NCBI GenBank assembly: GCA_043228905.1
Contig: JBHGNT010000003.1
Location: 3,038,001-3,102,000 of the forward strand
Direction: 5' to 3'
Source: Azolla caroliniana
Lineage: Eukaryota > Plantae > Polypodiophyta
Length of the DNA stretch: 64,000 nt
The translations under genes were made by a program, and so were the position numbers. Of this stretch, positions 1 to 11,473 are shown piece after piece. Under the pieces are notes generated by a model. That model did not search any database. It had not been told where the DNA came from and saw nothing but the letters and a program-made list of their open reading frames with translations. How positions within the stretch are numbered: the first letter of the stretch is position 1; each line of letters opens with the position of its first letter.

Positions 1-699
1 CTGGATATCCAAGAGTTCTGCTGAAACAGCTATGTTTGTTTGTGCATCAGCATCAATCCTATCATGTATATTTGTAGACCCCATTATCAGTATCACACGC
101 AAAACACATACTTTTCAGTAGTATAGTGGGCTAAGTGGGGTATACAACAAGGAACAATTTATTGAAATAGTGCTTATATATATGGTAGAAATTCAAAAGT
201 ACGTTTGCATATTTTCAAATCAACCTTTATATATACTTGGTTCACATCGGAAAGCCCTTAATCACAATAAAGTACTTAACGAAAGTGAACAACAATAATT
301 AAGAATAATCATCCAAATTTAGGGCTCTCCTTCTGCTTCCCTTCTTCCTCCTCTGCTCCTCTCCACCCTTCCTCCTCTGCTGTTGACTACATACCTCTTT
401 CGATCTTAGCTCTGCTTCATCGCTCCGCCCGCCCTCACATCGCCAGATCTCACGAATGTCTCGACGTTTCCCTCCTCTGCTCATTTCTCGCTGCTCACCT
501 ATTGCCTGTGTGTCAGCTCGAAACTCAACGATTTGCGTGTGGGGCTTCATACTCTATTGCCTGTTGCTTTAGCAATATCAGGTACCCTACTGAATCATCA
601 TGAAATTCATGTCTAATACTGTTTCTTGAGTAAGTTTTACCCTGTTTTTAAGAGTTCCATTTTTCGCTTGTCTGATGCTGTTATCTCAAAGTTGTACAT

Positions 700-1930
700 C
701 TAAGGGTGTGGTAAGCTCTTTGTATTGTGTTAGGTACATCTTGTCGAATGTCATATGATGGGTGGCTCCGGTATCTACAAACGGTGAAAGGTCGAAACCT
801 GTTGTGTTGGTTGAAGTGGTATTGAATACATTTCTTCGCCTGATGATGGTGGATTTTGTTGAAGTTGTGCCATCCTAGCTTGAGACCGTTGGCCTGCTTC
901 ACGTTGTTTTGTTGGACATTCCCTTTCGAAGTGTCCTTGTCTGTTGCAATTATTGCATGTCATTGCTTTGGTGCTTTGATGATTAGATTTGTTTCTTTGC
1001 TTGGTTCTACAATCTTTCTCCCACTGACCTGGTCTGTTGCAGTAATTACAAAGAGATGTTTTTATATTTTGGTGGTTGTAATTGTTTTGATGATTGGTTG
1101 GTGTCAGTTCAACGTGGGAATGGTGGTTGTCATTGCGATCAGAATTGTTGATTGGTTGAGATTGTTGCTGCTGAGCTTGGAGAAGGTATATTCTTGGCGC
1201 ATTTTGTTGATGAGGATTGGGTTTGATAGGATTGGGTTGTGACGAAAGGTCACCAGGTTGATGGTAGTGCCGCTAATAGCACAAACTACATGTTGATTGT
1301 CTGTGAATTCCAGGCCTGTGATGGTGCCTTGTTCTAGTAGTGAGCGCCATGATTGTAGAAATGTTCCAAAATCATCACTGTCTTGCATGTGGAAGGTTGT
1401 GCGTTGATGAAACAGAGCGATAGCATGAATTGTATGTTGGTCTTTTCATATTGTTCGCTTAGATATTCCCACATTTCTTTGGCGGTTTCTTGGTTTGCGA
1501 TGAGGTACATAAGTGAATCTGCTACATGGAATAGGATTTCAGATTGTTATTCTCAGGTTTAGCTTTGCTTCCATCTATGTATGCCCATAGATGTAATCTG
1601 TGCAAGTACATTTTCATCTGTATTTGCCATTTACGATAATTTGTGGCTCTGGTTCATCTGTCAATTCGGATAGATCTAGATACTGATGTGGAGGAGAGTA
1701 TTGTAGCAGCAACAATGTCTGGGTTTTCAACTGTGGCCATGATTGGTTTTCTTTTAGTTTTGAAGTAAAATTTGAGTTTATGAGGTTAGTGTTTCTTATT
1801 TTAGAAGTAAAGTTTGCGTTTATGAGCCTTGTGTTTTTTATTATTGATGGCTTCTTTAATTGTCGTTTCTGTTTGCTGTTCTTTTGTTCTTGTTTTTGCT
1901 GCTGCTGATTTTGAACGTTCTGGTACCATG
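700..1930 (-). mobile_element. Degenerate Ty1/copia-like LTR retrotransposon 5' remnant (PBS plus broken gag with CCHC zinc knuckle)
   Basis: Minus-strand fragment 775-963 encodes CNNCNRQGHFEREC (CX2CX4HX4C). Fragment 1104-1388 is gag-like. On the minus strand ...TCACA is followed by TGGTACCAGAAC (1917-1928), resembling the tRNA-iMet PBS TGGTATCAGAGC. Frameshifts and stops occur throughout. Confidence 0.65.
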
Positions 1931-2089
1931 TGATAATGAATGTATATGAATAGTAACTGATAGAAGTGTTAGTTTTGTTAATGAGTATGAGACTATTAAA
2001 TAGTCAGATACAAGATATGAAAAGTTATTTTGGGCAGATACAAGATATGAAAATTTATCTTGAGATATGAACGGTTATTTATTGTTCAC

Positions 2090-2148
2090 AAGCATAACTA
2101 ATGTTGCTGTGGATTTTGCTCTTATTTTTAGTGTGCCAGGAAGCCCTC
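2090..2148 (+). repeat. Direct repeat copy 1 (about 59 bp; copy 2 at 4046-4104) flanking the SAMDC-like gene
   Basis: AAGCATAACTAATGTTGCTGTGGATTTTGCTCTTATTTTTAGTGTGCCAGGAAGCCCTC versus AAGCATCACTAATGTTGCTGTGGATTTTGTTTTTACTTTTAGTGTGCAAAGAAGTCCTC. It contains a branch-point/TTTTAG acceptor-like sequence. Confidence 0.8.
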
Positions 2149-2269
2149 CTGACAATCGTGCTGGGAGGAGAGCATTTAACGAGGGCTTCCTTGCTTTCGT
2201 TAGGTTAGGCAGTTAATACATTCGGGCCCTTCTGATTACACCATTTCTTGCTATTGTTCAGGTGACGGG

Positions 2270-3340
2270 ATGTGTATTCCTTTCTGTCCAGAGGACGCTC
2301 AATTATTGCCGCATGATGATGATCATTCAAATTCGAGTGAGCATTTTGAGGGTGTGGAGAACAAAAGGCTACAAATTGAATTTCAACATTATGTCCCTAA
2401 CCTTGATTCCTTCAAGGGCTTGCGAAGCATATCTAAGCGTGTTGTTGAACGAGTAGCTTCAGAAATACAATGCGTCATTTTGAAGACTCTAAGCAACGAT
2501 CAGGTTGATACTTATCTCATGTCAGAATCTAACCTTTTTGTGTATAGTTACAAGATCATCATCGGAACATGGGGGACTACTAAACTTCTCGATGTTGTTC
2601 CTGTGTTGCTTGATCTGGCTTCTGGGCTGTCTTTGAGATTGAAGGGATGTATATATAGCCGACCAATGACTGATCTTCCAGAAAAACAGCCGTTTCCTCA
2701 TGGAAGCTTTCGTGACGAAGTTGAGTTCTTGAATGGTTTCTTTGGGGAACTTGGATCAGGTAGTAAAGAGCATGAGTTGAATGGTCCCTCCATACCTCTA
2801 AGTTGGCACCTCTACTCTTCATATGTGAATTTTGATGATGATTTAGATGGTGAAGCTGCAATCCTTTCATTGGAGATGTGCATGACACAATTGAGCCGAG
2901 AGAAAGCAGCCACATTCTTCAAAAACATGTGTAATTCAGCTACGGAGGTGACTGAGAAATCAGGCATTGATAAATTGTTTCCAAATTCTAGAATTTGTGA
3001 CTTTGCCTCCCCTTCACATGGGTACTCCATGAACTCAGTGGAAAGAGGAGCTGTGTCGACTATCCATGTAGCTCCTGAGAAAAGGTATAGTTATGCAAGC
3101 TTTGAAACAATGGATTATGGCCCAGAAGATGTGGATTTTCCTGTTCTAGTTAGTGATGCCCTCCGATGCTTTCAGCCAGGGGTTCTCTCCATCGCTGTTC
3201 GTTTTAGTGATTTATCCTATCTTTGGAAGAAGACACGCAAGTGTTCGTGTGTGCCCGCTTATACTTGTACTTCTACCACTTTCAAGGAATTGGTGCGTGG
3301 AGGTGGGGTAATTATGTACCGCACCTATATGAAAGATTGA
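2270..3340 (+). CDS. SAMDC: S-adenosylmethionine decarboxylase proenzyme-like protein (divergent, 356 aa, intronless CDS)
   Basis: Motifs are colinear with plant AdoMetDC: FEGVENKRL, GLRSIS, LSNDQVDTYLMSESNLFVYSYKIII, GTTKLL, QPFPHGSFRDEV, LEMCMTQLSREKA, GYSMNS, STIHVAPE, SYASFE. A splice acceptor TTCAG lies just upstream (2257-2261). Confidence 0.88.
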   Translation: MCIPFCPEDAQLLPHDDDHSNSSEHFEGVENKRLQIEFQHYVPNLDSFKGLRSISKRVVERVASEIQCVILKTLSNDQVDTYLMSESNLFVYSYKIIIGTWGTTKLLDVVPVLLDLASGLSLRLKGCIYSRPMTDLPEKQPFPHGSFRDEVEFLNGFFGELGSGSKEHELNGPSIPLSWHLYSSYVNFDDDLDGEAAILSLEMCMTQLSREKAATFFKNMCNSATEVTEKSGIDKLFPNSRICDFASPSHGYSMNSVERGAVSTIHVAPEKRYSYASFETMDYGPEDVDFPVLVSDALRCFQPGVLSIAVRFSDLSYLWKKTRKCSCVPAYTCTSTTFKELVRGGGVIMYRTYMKD

Positions 3341-3570
3341 TCATGGCAAAGGAGTCGAAACATTAGAAAGGATATTTGAAATCGATTATATGATTATGGT
3401 GGAAAATGAGGCCTAACTTTAGAAAGGTTATTTTCAAAAGTGTTTAGGGTTTCTCAATTTGGAAACTTACATGAAATTTCTGTTGGAAGAATATTGAGAT
3501 GGCGTTTGTCCATCTTTGTATGTTGAATTTTGAGAATTGCAACACAGTGAAGTGCTTGTACTAAAAAGTT

Positions 3571-3679
3571 ATCTGTAGCTTTAGCAACATCTTGAGTAAT
3601 TTTTACTGTGTTTTTATTAAAAGAATCTGTAGCTTTAGCAACATCTTGAGTAATTTTTACTGTGTTTTTATTAAAAGAA
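3571..3679. repeat. Perfect tandem duplication of a 54-bp unit
   Basis: ATCTGTAGCTTTAGCAACATCTTGAGTAATTTTTACTGTGTTTTTATTAAAAGA occurs at 3571 and again at 3625. Confidence 0.9.
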
Positions 3680-5468
3680 CCATTTTTTACTTGCCATGTC
3701 TATGAAATGCCCAAACAAGAAATGGTTGGGGAAAATGTAGCTTAGAAGAGGATTCTTGTATGTTACTTTACAGTTTTCACCACAAGAAATGTTGTTTCAA
3801 TCTACAAATCAGTATCACAAGGCATTAAGACCTTTTGGTGTCATTTCACAATGCATGTGTCACCTCATTTATTTGCTGGTCTCCTACTGCCTTGCTATGT
3901 CACAGTGCATCTTAATTCTCACATGGATGAGAATGCATGGAATTGTGAGGAAATAGCTAACAGCTTTCTGAAGAGTGTGAGAAAATATAGTCTGTCACAT
4001 GGATATTCACACATCCTCATTCCTTATCTGTATAATTTTCTTACTAAGCATCACTAATGTTGCTGTGGATTTTGTTTTTACTTTTAGTGTGCAAAGAAGT
4101 CCTCGGGTTTGGCTAAATCAGTTAAGCTGAAATTGGTTGAGGATCTACTTTAGCTAAGCTGATTAAGTATTAATCAGCTTGGTAACTGGTTTTGTTTAGG
4201 CTTAACCCAAGCCATTGCGCATTCTTAGTAACATACTCTAATGCATTAGCAAACATTCTTTTTCATATGTTTGCAAACGAGTGCATATGTTGTAAAAACA
4301 TGCTTATGTTTTTTCTTTGTTACATTTTTCAGCTTAACTTTCTTACCTTAAAAAATGTTTTAATCTATAATAAATAATGAATACAAAAGTATGGTATTTA
4401 CCATACTTTGAGAGAGATTTACCATATACTCAAATGATCAAAACATACTCGAATGCGAATACACATAGGCTACGGATGGTTCATACTATGAATGACACAA
4501 AGGAACCTCAAGGATGTTAGAAAGAAAATGTGTAGTGGTTGTTGGTGTCAATTCTCTCTAAGCATAGCCAACTAGGGTTTAGGATTTATCATGGAAAAAA
4601 GAAGCTTGGCTCCCAAATCAAGTAGCTTGCATATCACTTGATCGCCAAAAGAGATTGTGCATATTTTCATTCCTATCTCCCCCCAATGTTGGGCGAATTC
4701 CTAAGCACAATATTAATCATGCCGTCTAGGGAGGGACTTTGTCAACTAATATGGGGGAGGCTAGGAAGAAGTTCTAGCTAGAGTTTTTAAAATATTTTGA
4801 ATCTAGCTGGTCCACATTCTTCAAACTAGCTATTTTAGCCCCATTTGACCTATTTTACAGGAAAAATTAACATTAAAAAGAAGTAAAAGTTTAGAAAAAA
4901 AAAAAAAATCTCTAGTCCCCCCTCCTCTTGTTCTCTACATTTATTTGATAAAAAGGAAAATTGAATGTTACTAAATAGATTTATGGCTCAAAATCTCCCA
5001 AGACTCTTCCCATGTAATATCCCAAAATTATGCCCAGAAACTTTGTTGGGCCTATCTGTTTCCAAGGGTCATATACTTCGAATACTACTAACAAATACTT
5101 ATTCGCACATTTGAAGATCTATATGTCATTCTAGCATCAACCATAAATCTCTCCTAACAAAATTCTTAGCACCACTTATACAAATGTTCGCATAGATAAT
5201 TCACATCATTAATGGGTTGATCTTCCCAGAGGTGTATTTAAGGTCTAAAAGTTTGCCCAACACTTCTCCTCTCTATCCATTTAAATCTCTACTAATAGAA
5301 AGATGGAGGTATGGATTGTGTTATCATCTCTAAATCTACATTTCCATATTGATATATCTTCTTCTAAGGGCAAGAACCCATAGAAGTATGAAAACTAGAG
5401 GAGAAGCACTTGACCTACATGAAAGTATCAAGTCAGTGTCCACAGAAGAAGAATAAGAAGTTTAAGAT

Positions 5469-6710
5469 ATGGGTGACAATACCAACAAGGAAATCAATCC
5501 TACACTTCAAACAGATATGGCAAAGCTTACCTCTTGTAGCCATACAACTTCCCCATTGGGCAACTTCATCAAAGATGAATGGAGATATTGCATGAAGGAA
5601 ATCATCAATAATGCTCGTAGAATTGCACGTGACAGAACGTGGATAATTTCAAACCCTCCCCAAATATCTGCAATATAAAGCCAAGATCATATTATCATCA
5701 AGTCCTAACCATCCTCCAATTGTGTCAAAAGCTAGAGAGTTTCCGTAATAGTTGTAATGCATTATGTGTGAAGAGATTCATGGAAACGCATGGGATATCA
5801 GATGTGATTGAACCCATGCAACACCTCCTCCCTTACAGGCATGGTTTAGCAACAACTATTTTGGCCTCCCCGATACAGCTTGGATTCGCACCAACTTCAG
5901 TTCACTGCCGATACCATCTTCATTCATGATTTCTTGCTCTGTGTAAGGAATCATTGCAACTGCCAACATAAGACAAGTGGGCAACATATACATTTTTTAG
6001 TTCAACAATGACTTCACATACAACCAAGTATGGAGGGACTTGACTTTGATAGGCAACCAAATTTTCAAGTCATTTCGAATGAAGATTTCAGAGTTTCCAA
6101 AAGAACCCGACTTCCCATCAGGTAATCCAAACTTTTCCATGATCACTACCATTCTTGTCACATACAATCCATTCTTCAGGAGCCAATTTAATGCAAACTA
6201 TTGGGTGCCAAACAGAAATTTTCCCAATTGCATGCATCCACTCGATTCACTCTATTTTTCCTGCACAAAAAACATTCCTGCAAGAATCTAGGAAATGATC
6301 TGTTTCTAAAGAATCCGCAAGCAAATCTGTTATTCCATGTTTCTCTATCAGGACAGACTTCCAAAGGAGGAGTTGAATTAAATATGTGTGTGATCATCAG
6401 CATACATCGAAAGACCAGAGGATCTCGTAATCTTGACACGGGGTGCAAGTCATAGAGAACCACCAGAGGACCGACATGTGCATCAATGCCAAAGATCGGT
6501 CGAGATGACCCATTGGCTTGTCTAGTATATGGAGTTTCTGCGCACAAACTATTTTTTCTCGGCCATGGCTATGGATTTCGATCCATGCGGCGCCTCTACT
6601 GCTCGCATTGGCGTTACTGCAGACAATCTACACAATCTTCGCCTCTATTGCTTGCATTGGCATTACTGCAGACAATCTACACAATCTTAGGTTACTACCG
6701 AAAGCCCTAA
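5469..6710 (+). pseudogene. DUF247 (UPF0481) family pseudogene, paralogue of the gene at 33246-34820
   Basis: Fragments in several frames match the intact copy: EWRYCMKEIINNARR vs EWEEYMKRKIENARR; IKPRSYYHQVLTI...CNALCVKRFM vs VKPKCYCPRIVTI...CKALCVKEFM; FCAQTIFSRPWLWISIHAAPLLL...LQTIYT vs FCAKFFSRPWLWLSSIAAVLLL...LQTVYS. There are many frameshifts and deletions, and a roughly 49-bp-period duplication at the 3' end. Confidence 0.85.
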
Positions 6711-7706
6711 ATTAACATTACCTTAAACCCTAGAGAAAAAAATTAAGTAGTTCAAGAGTTAAAAGCTTTGTTCATGCATTTGGGCTATATTTATTTAGGG
6801 CCATATGTGAAAAAATAAAGTAGTTCAAGATTTAAGAGCTTCATAATTTTGGAGGACGAAGTAGTAGAAGTAGATTTAAGTCACAAGTTGTATAATATTC
6901 TTTTGGATGACCAACCAGTCTTCATTCTCAACACTTTGATGTTTGGTGCTTTTGAAGTCTCTAACATCAATAAAAAGACGAGACGAAAGATACTGAAAAC
7001 CTTTCAAAAACATTAGTTGTTGAGGCACAATGTGAATGGATAGCCTTTATGCACTACATAATCATGTGCTTCTCAGGTTCTCACAATTCCATGTTGTCAT
7101 ATATGCAAAGTTACCTCATGGTATGTTACATAAGAACTTGTGCTTTTAAACTTATATTTACAAGCTTAAATCAATGGCGTTGACGTTGTATTTGCTATAA
7201 AAATTCCTCGCAATTTTAGTTTTAGGTCACCTAATCTAATCATTTGCTTCTTAACAATGTCTTTATGCCATTGAAAACTTTTACTCAACACTTGGAATGA
7301 AAATGATTCTATTGCCCTTTAAAAGCAAGGTTAATATGATTATGTTCATTGGTTGCCATAAAAATTATGGCTATTTTCACATTAGTGAATGGTTCGAGAG
7401 AAAACTTATAGTCATTGCAATGCATATATGCTTTTATGGCCCCTTCATTATAAAAGCTCTTCGTGCTTTTAGTTTGTGATCATGCACTAATAGTTTCCTC
7501 CTACACCATTTGTATTTATAACATTTTCATTTCTCATTTTTTTCATAACACTCCATCAACCCTAGTAAGGAATATGGCTTCCACCCCCTATAAATGGTCT
7601 AAATTCATCCTCACTAGGGGAACCCCATATATAAGCCTAGCACACCAACCTATCACATCCAAGGTAAGCTTATCAAAAGGCCCAAATGCAAAAAGTCGTA
7701 ACACGA

Positions 7707-8438
7707 TGTCGTGATATGGGAAATGCATAGGAGGAATTAAGTTAAATCAAGGATATGGAAAAGGTTGAGTGGTAGATCGAGGGTGTAATAAGACAGGTAC
7801 ATTGTGAGTTGGAGTTTACTACAACAAAAAGGTTTAGCTCAATAGGTAAAAGCATGTGCTATGAGTGGGAGGCCAGATGTTCAAGTGGAACCATAGAAGA
7901 TTAAGTGGATAAATTAATGTGATTGTAAACATCATGATAATCTTTTTGCTAAAATCAAACCAAAAGGAAAGGTAGGCCATGCAAGTAAAAAGAAGACAAG
8001 TGTGGATCACGCAAAAATAAAAAATAAAAACACCCACTTTTATTTGGGAGAGAGCCTCTTAAATCCTATATAAGTTTGAATTAGGGAGGGAAACAAAGTT
8101 AGAGACGCGAAAGTGTTGCCGAAATCTAAAAAGAGAAAGTTGGTGATCTTATCCTTTCTGTTTATTCCCGTCTTCTTCCTATCTTTCTTCTATTGCTTGT
8201 TCACTCCATGTAACAAAATCGAGAGATTTTCTCGTTGTATTTCCACCCTCATAAACTTATTCATGATTACAAAAAATGAATATAATATACTTTTCTCTTG
8301 TTTGTGTAAATCATTGTTTGAGTATCTAGTACAAAAGCTTCGCCATGAGGATCGTATTGGGATGTTCGGCTTAGAATTCCGAGCTCGGGAGATAGTGTTA
8401 TGCGAACTTTGCACATGTACATGTTTAATTTCGTGAAA
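7707..8438. mobile_element. Possible degenerate solo LTR
   Basis: Starts TGTCGTGA and ends TCGTGAAA, with flanks CACGA / (A)CACAA resembling a mutated 5-bp TSD. Internal TATA-like CCTATATAAG (8065) is followed by purine then pyrimidine tracts as in LTR U3-R-U5. Confidence 0.4.
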
Positions 8439-8637
8439 ACACAAACAAAAATAACAGCTCATGAATTGAAAGCCAAGTGTTTGAGCATATATGTGATCGA
8501 GTCATGAACAATTCAACAATCCTAGATCATTATGAAAAGAATCTCAACATAGATCTCAAAATAAGCAAAATGAGAACAACTACAAGTGGTCTAGCTACCT
8601 AATGGAAATTCCCTGTGATGAAAACCAATTTGCAAAT

Positions 8638-8923
8638 TGCTGCCCGTAGGAGTGTACAGGGCAGTGTAAGGGTCAAAAACGATAAAGGGGTTGTGGTATA
8701 TGTGTAATGTATACGAGTGTGAGTGAGGATAAATATTATGTCATATTATGTAACCATTATATGATGTACTATATAAACCTCTTATGGGGCATGTAATGAA
8801 TATAGAACTTTTCCCTCTCATTTCTATGTCTCATTGTTTCTCTCTTTCTCTCTCTCTCCCTCATGCGTAACCTCCTTGGGAGGGGGGTGGGGTTGTTCTT
8901 GGCTCCAACCCCACCCATAAACA
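8638..8923 (+). repeat. 5' LTR
   Basis: TGCTGCCCGTAGGAGTGTACAGGG...CCACCCATAAACA, with a TATA-like CTATATAAACC and a CT tract. Homologous to 11150-11531. Confidence 0.8.
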
Positions 8924-9193
8924 TTGGTACGCCCAAAAGGACGACCCTCCCTTGAGAAGAAGTCTCTCTCTCCCTCTCTGCTCCTCTGTGTCTATGTGTT
9001 GGTGTAGAAGGAATAGTGAGTGTTCCATGAGAGGAGCTTCTTCAATTTCCCCCACCCCACCCTTCCCTTGAGAGGAAGTACTCTGATCTCCCTGTGTCCT
9101 CAGAATGCCTTATTTCAGTACTCTAATAGACAACTCAAAGATGTGGTTTTGTCATCCAAGGCTTAAGGAAAGGAAAGCTAAGGAGGAGGATCA

Positions 9194-9248
9194 AGAAGAA
9201 GAAGAAGAAGAAGAAGAAGAAGAAGAAGAAGAAGAAGAAGAAGAAGAA
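9194..9248 (+). repeat. (GAA)n microsatellite (poly-Glu of the captured gene)
   Basis: About 18 GAA units. Confidence 0.9.
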
Positions 9249-9618
9249 CAGAAGAATGACGACATGGATTAAGAAGTATCTGTAGAGGAATTAGAGCTTT
9301 GATCAAGTCATTCTCAAAATAACATATCTTAGATCTGCTTCACAAAGCAACAATGTCTAATTCTAGGGTTTTGTCAAAGATAAAGACGCTTCCGGACAAG
9401 GATATAGCACACATGAAGCTTTTCATTAGAGGATTAGGTTGGGAAATGACACCCGAAACCCTTAAATCGGTTTTCGCATAGTATGGAAACATTGAAGAAT
9501 GCTCTATGATCAAGGACAAGAACACAAGCAAGAGCAAAGGCTATGGTTTTGCCATGTTTTCTGACAAGTTCGCAGCTCAAAGAGCTTTAAAAGAACCTAG
9601 CAAAGTCATAGAAGAAAG

Positions 9619-10060
9619 TGTTGTGAGATCAAGCTCAAGTTAGTTTAGTTAGGTAGTCAACCATGTAACTTCATAGTTACCTAGATAGAATCTAGTTAGA
9701 AGTGTTGACTATAACGCCTTAAATAGGACCTTGTACTTAAGTGGGATATTCTAGATCCTCCACTCCTAAGTACATTTAATATAGGACTTACACATTAGTA
9801 CCTATATTCTACTTACACACACATGAGATGTATATATACCTCATTGTGGGTATTTTTGTATTTGATGATAATGATGATTATAATGCTAATTTAATATAGT
9901 TACTCATCCCCCATCTTGTGGTGTTCATAAGTGTATCTCTCTCTCTCTCTCTCTCTCCCTCTCACACACATACACACACATATCACTCAATCTTCCGCAC
10001 TTAACTTAATCACATAATTAGGTACTAATTAACTCTTAATTACCTACCTAATTCTTAACA
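9619..10060. mobile_element. Solo LTR inserted between the two RRMs
   Basis: TGTTGTGAG...TTCTTAACA termini, flanked by GAAAG (9614-9618) / GGAAG (10061-10065). Removing it rejoins K-V-I-E-G-R of the UBA2-like sequence. Confidence 0.7.
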
Positions 10061-10322
10061 GGAAGAGTAATCGTATCCATTAGCATCAGTGGGGCCTACT
10101 ACATCTTCCGATGGAGGAGGAAGTGATCATATAGGAAGAAAAATATATGTCGGAAATGTTCCACAAGATGTGAATGCAAAGAAGATATTATCAATTTACT
10201 CTCAGTTTGGTGAAATTGAAGAGGGACCAATCGCATTCCTAGAGTCAAGGAAATCAAAAGGATATGCTCTCATCATATACATGTCATCGGCATCAGCCAA
10301 AAAGACTCTGGAAGGGCTGGCC

Positions 10323-10740
10323 AGACGGCCACACAGCCGACGTTTGACAATCAATCGGACAACTGGTAGAGAGACGGTCGATGAAGGGAGACATCCTCGG
10401 ACATACGGATGGCCGGCTGGACAACCGTCAAGATGACAACGATCGAGGTCCAGACAAATGGCGATGGTCATTGTTGGACTGACGGTGACAGCTGACGTTC
10501 GACATCCGGCGATAGACGGCCACAGACAGAGCCGACGTCTGACAATCAATCGGACAACTGGTAGAGAGACGGTCAATGAAGGGAGACATCCTCGGACATA
10601 CGGATGGCGGGCTGGACAACCGTCAAGACGGCAACAATCGAGGTCCAGACAAATGGCGATGGTCACCGTTGGACAACTAGTTGGACTGATGGTGATAGCC
10701 GACGTTCGACATCCGGCGATAGACGGCCACAGACAGAGCC
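10323..10740 (+). repeat. GC-rich tandem repeat, about 2.1 units of 190-207 bp, within the LTR element
   Basis: A unit starting AGACGGCCACA(GA)CAG...GACGTTCGACATCCGGCGAT recurs at about 10323, 10514 and 10721. Confidence 0.85.
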
Positions 10741-11149
10741 AACTAACCGGTTAGACAGCTAGCCGGACAGGAGATGGTCAGACACAAAAATGGTCAGATG
10801 AAGAGCAAGATAAAAGGAGAGGAAGGAGAAGCAACAACAAATGAAGAAGAAGAAAGTAGTAAGGAGAAAGAGGAAAAGAGGAAAGAGGAGGAGGAAGAAG
10901 AAAGTGATGCCGAAGAGGAAAGAAGAAAAAGAAGACAGACTCAACTAGACTACAAAGAAGAAGAAGATAGGACGAGTTGATTGGTGTGTGATCCAATTGA
11001 GAGGTGTGATGACCGAACAAGAATGTTCGGGTCAAGCAAGCTCTGATCGAAGTTATCGATTGTAGAGTTGTGATCCACTCAAGGGATTTCCGACTAACGA
11101 GACTACTGATGGAGTTCTGATCGATGCATTGTCCCACATGCGTGCCATG

Positions 11150-11388
11150 TGTGCCCGTAGGAGTGTACAGGGTGGTGTAAGGGTCAAACATGATAAAGGG
11201 GTTGTGGTATATGTGTAATGTATACACGCGTGAATGAGGATAAATATGTGTATGAACACATGCACAATTATGTGCATGTGTACAAGAATGTAACGGTCAT
11301 ATTATGTAACCGTTATATGATGAACTATATAAACCCTCTATGGAGCATGTAATGAATAAAGAACTTTTCCCTCTCATCTCTGTGTACC

Positions 11389-11473
<85 letters not shown>

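Larger units (their letters stand above)
9170..10320 (+). pseudogene. UBA2: UBA2 (UBP1-associated protein 2)-like two-RRM RNA-binding protein pseudogene, captured in the LTR element and split by a solo LTR
   Basis: An acidic (GAA)n N-terminus is followed by RRM1: LIKSFSK*HILDLLHKA...DIAHMKLFIRGLGWEMTPETLKSVFA*YGNIEECSMIKDKNTSKSKGYGFAMF...AQRALKEPSKVIE. RRM2 reads RKIYVGNVPQDVNAKKILSIYSQFGEIEEGPIAF...KSKGYALIIY. GEIEEGP and GLGW are hallmark UBA2 motifs. In-frame stops and frameshifts are present. Confidence 0.8.

Noticed and set aside
856-1242. 128-aa hydrophobic plus-strand ORF
   Set aside because: It is the antisense shadow of the CAA-rich gag remnant.
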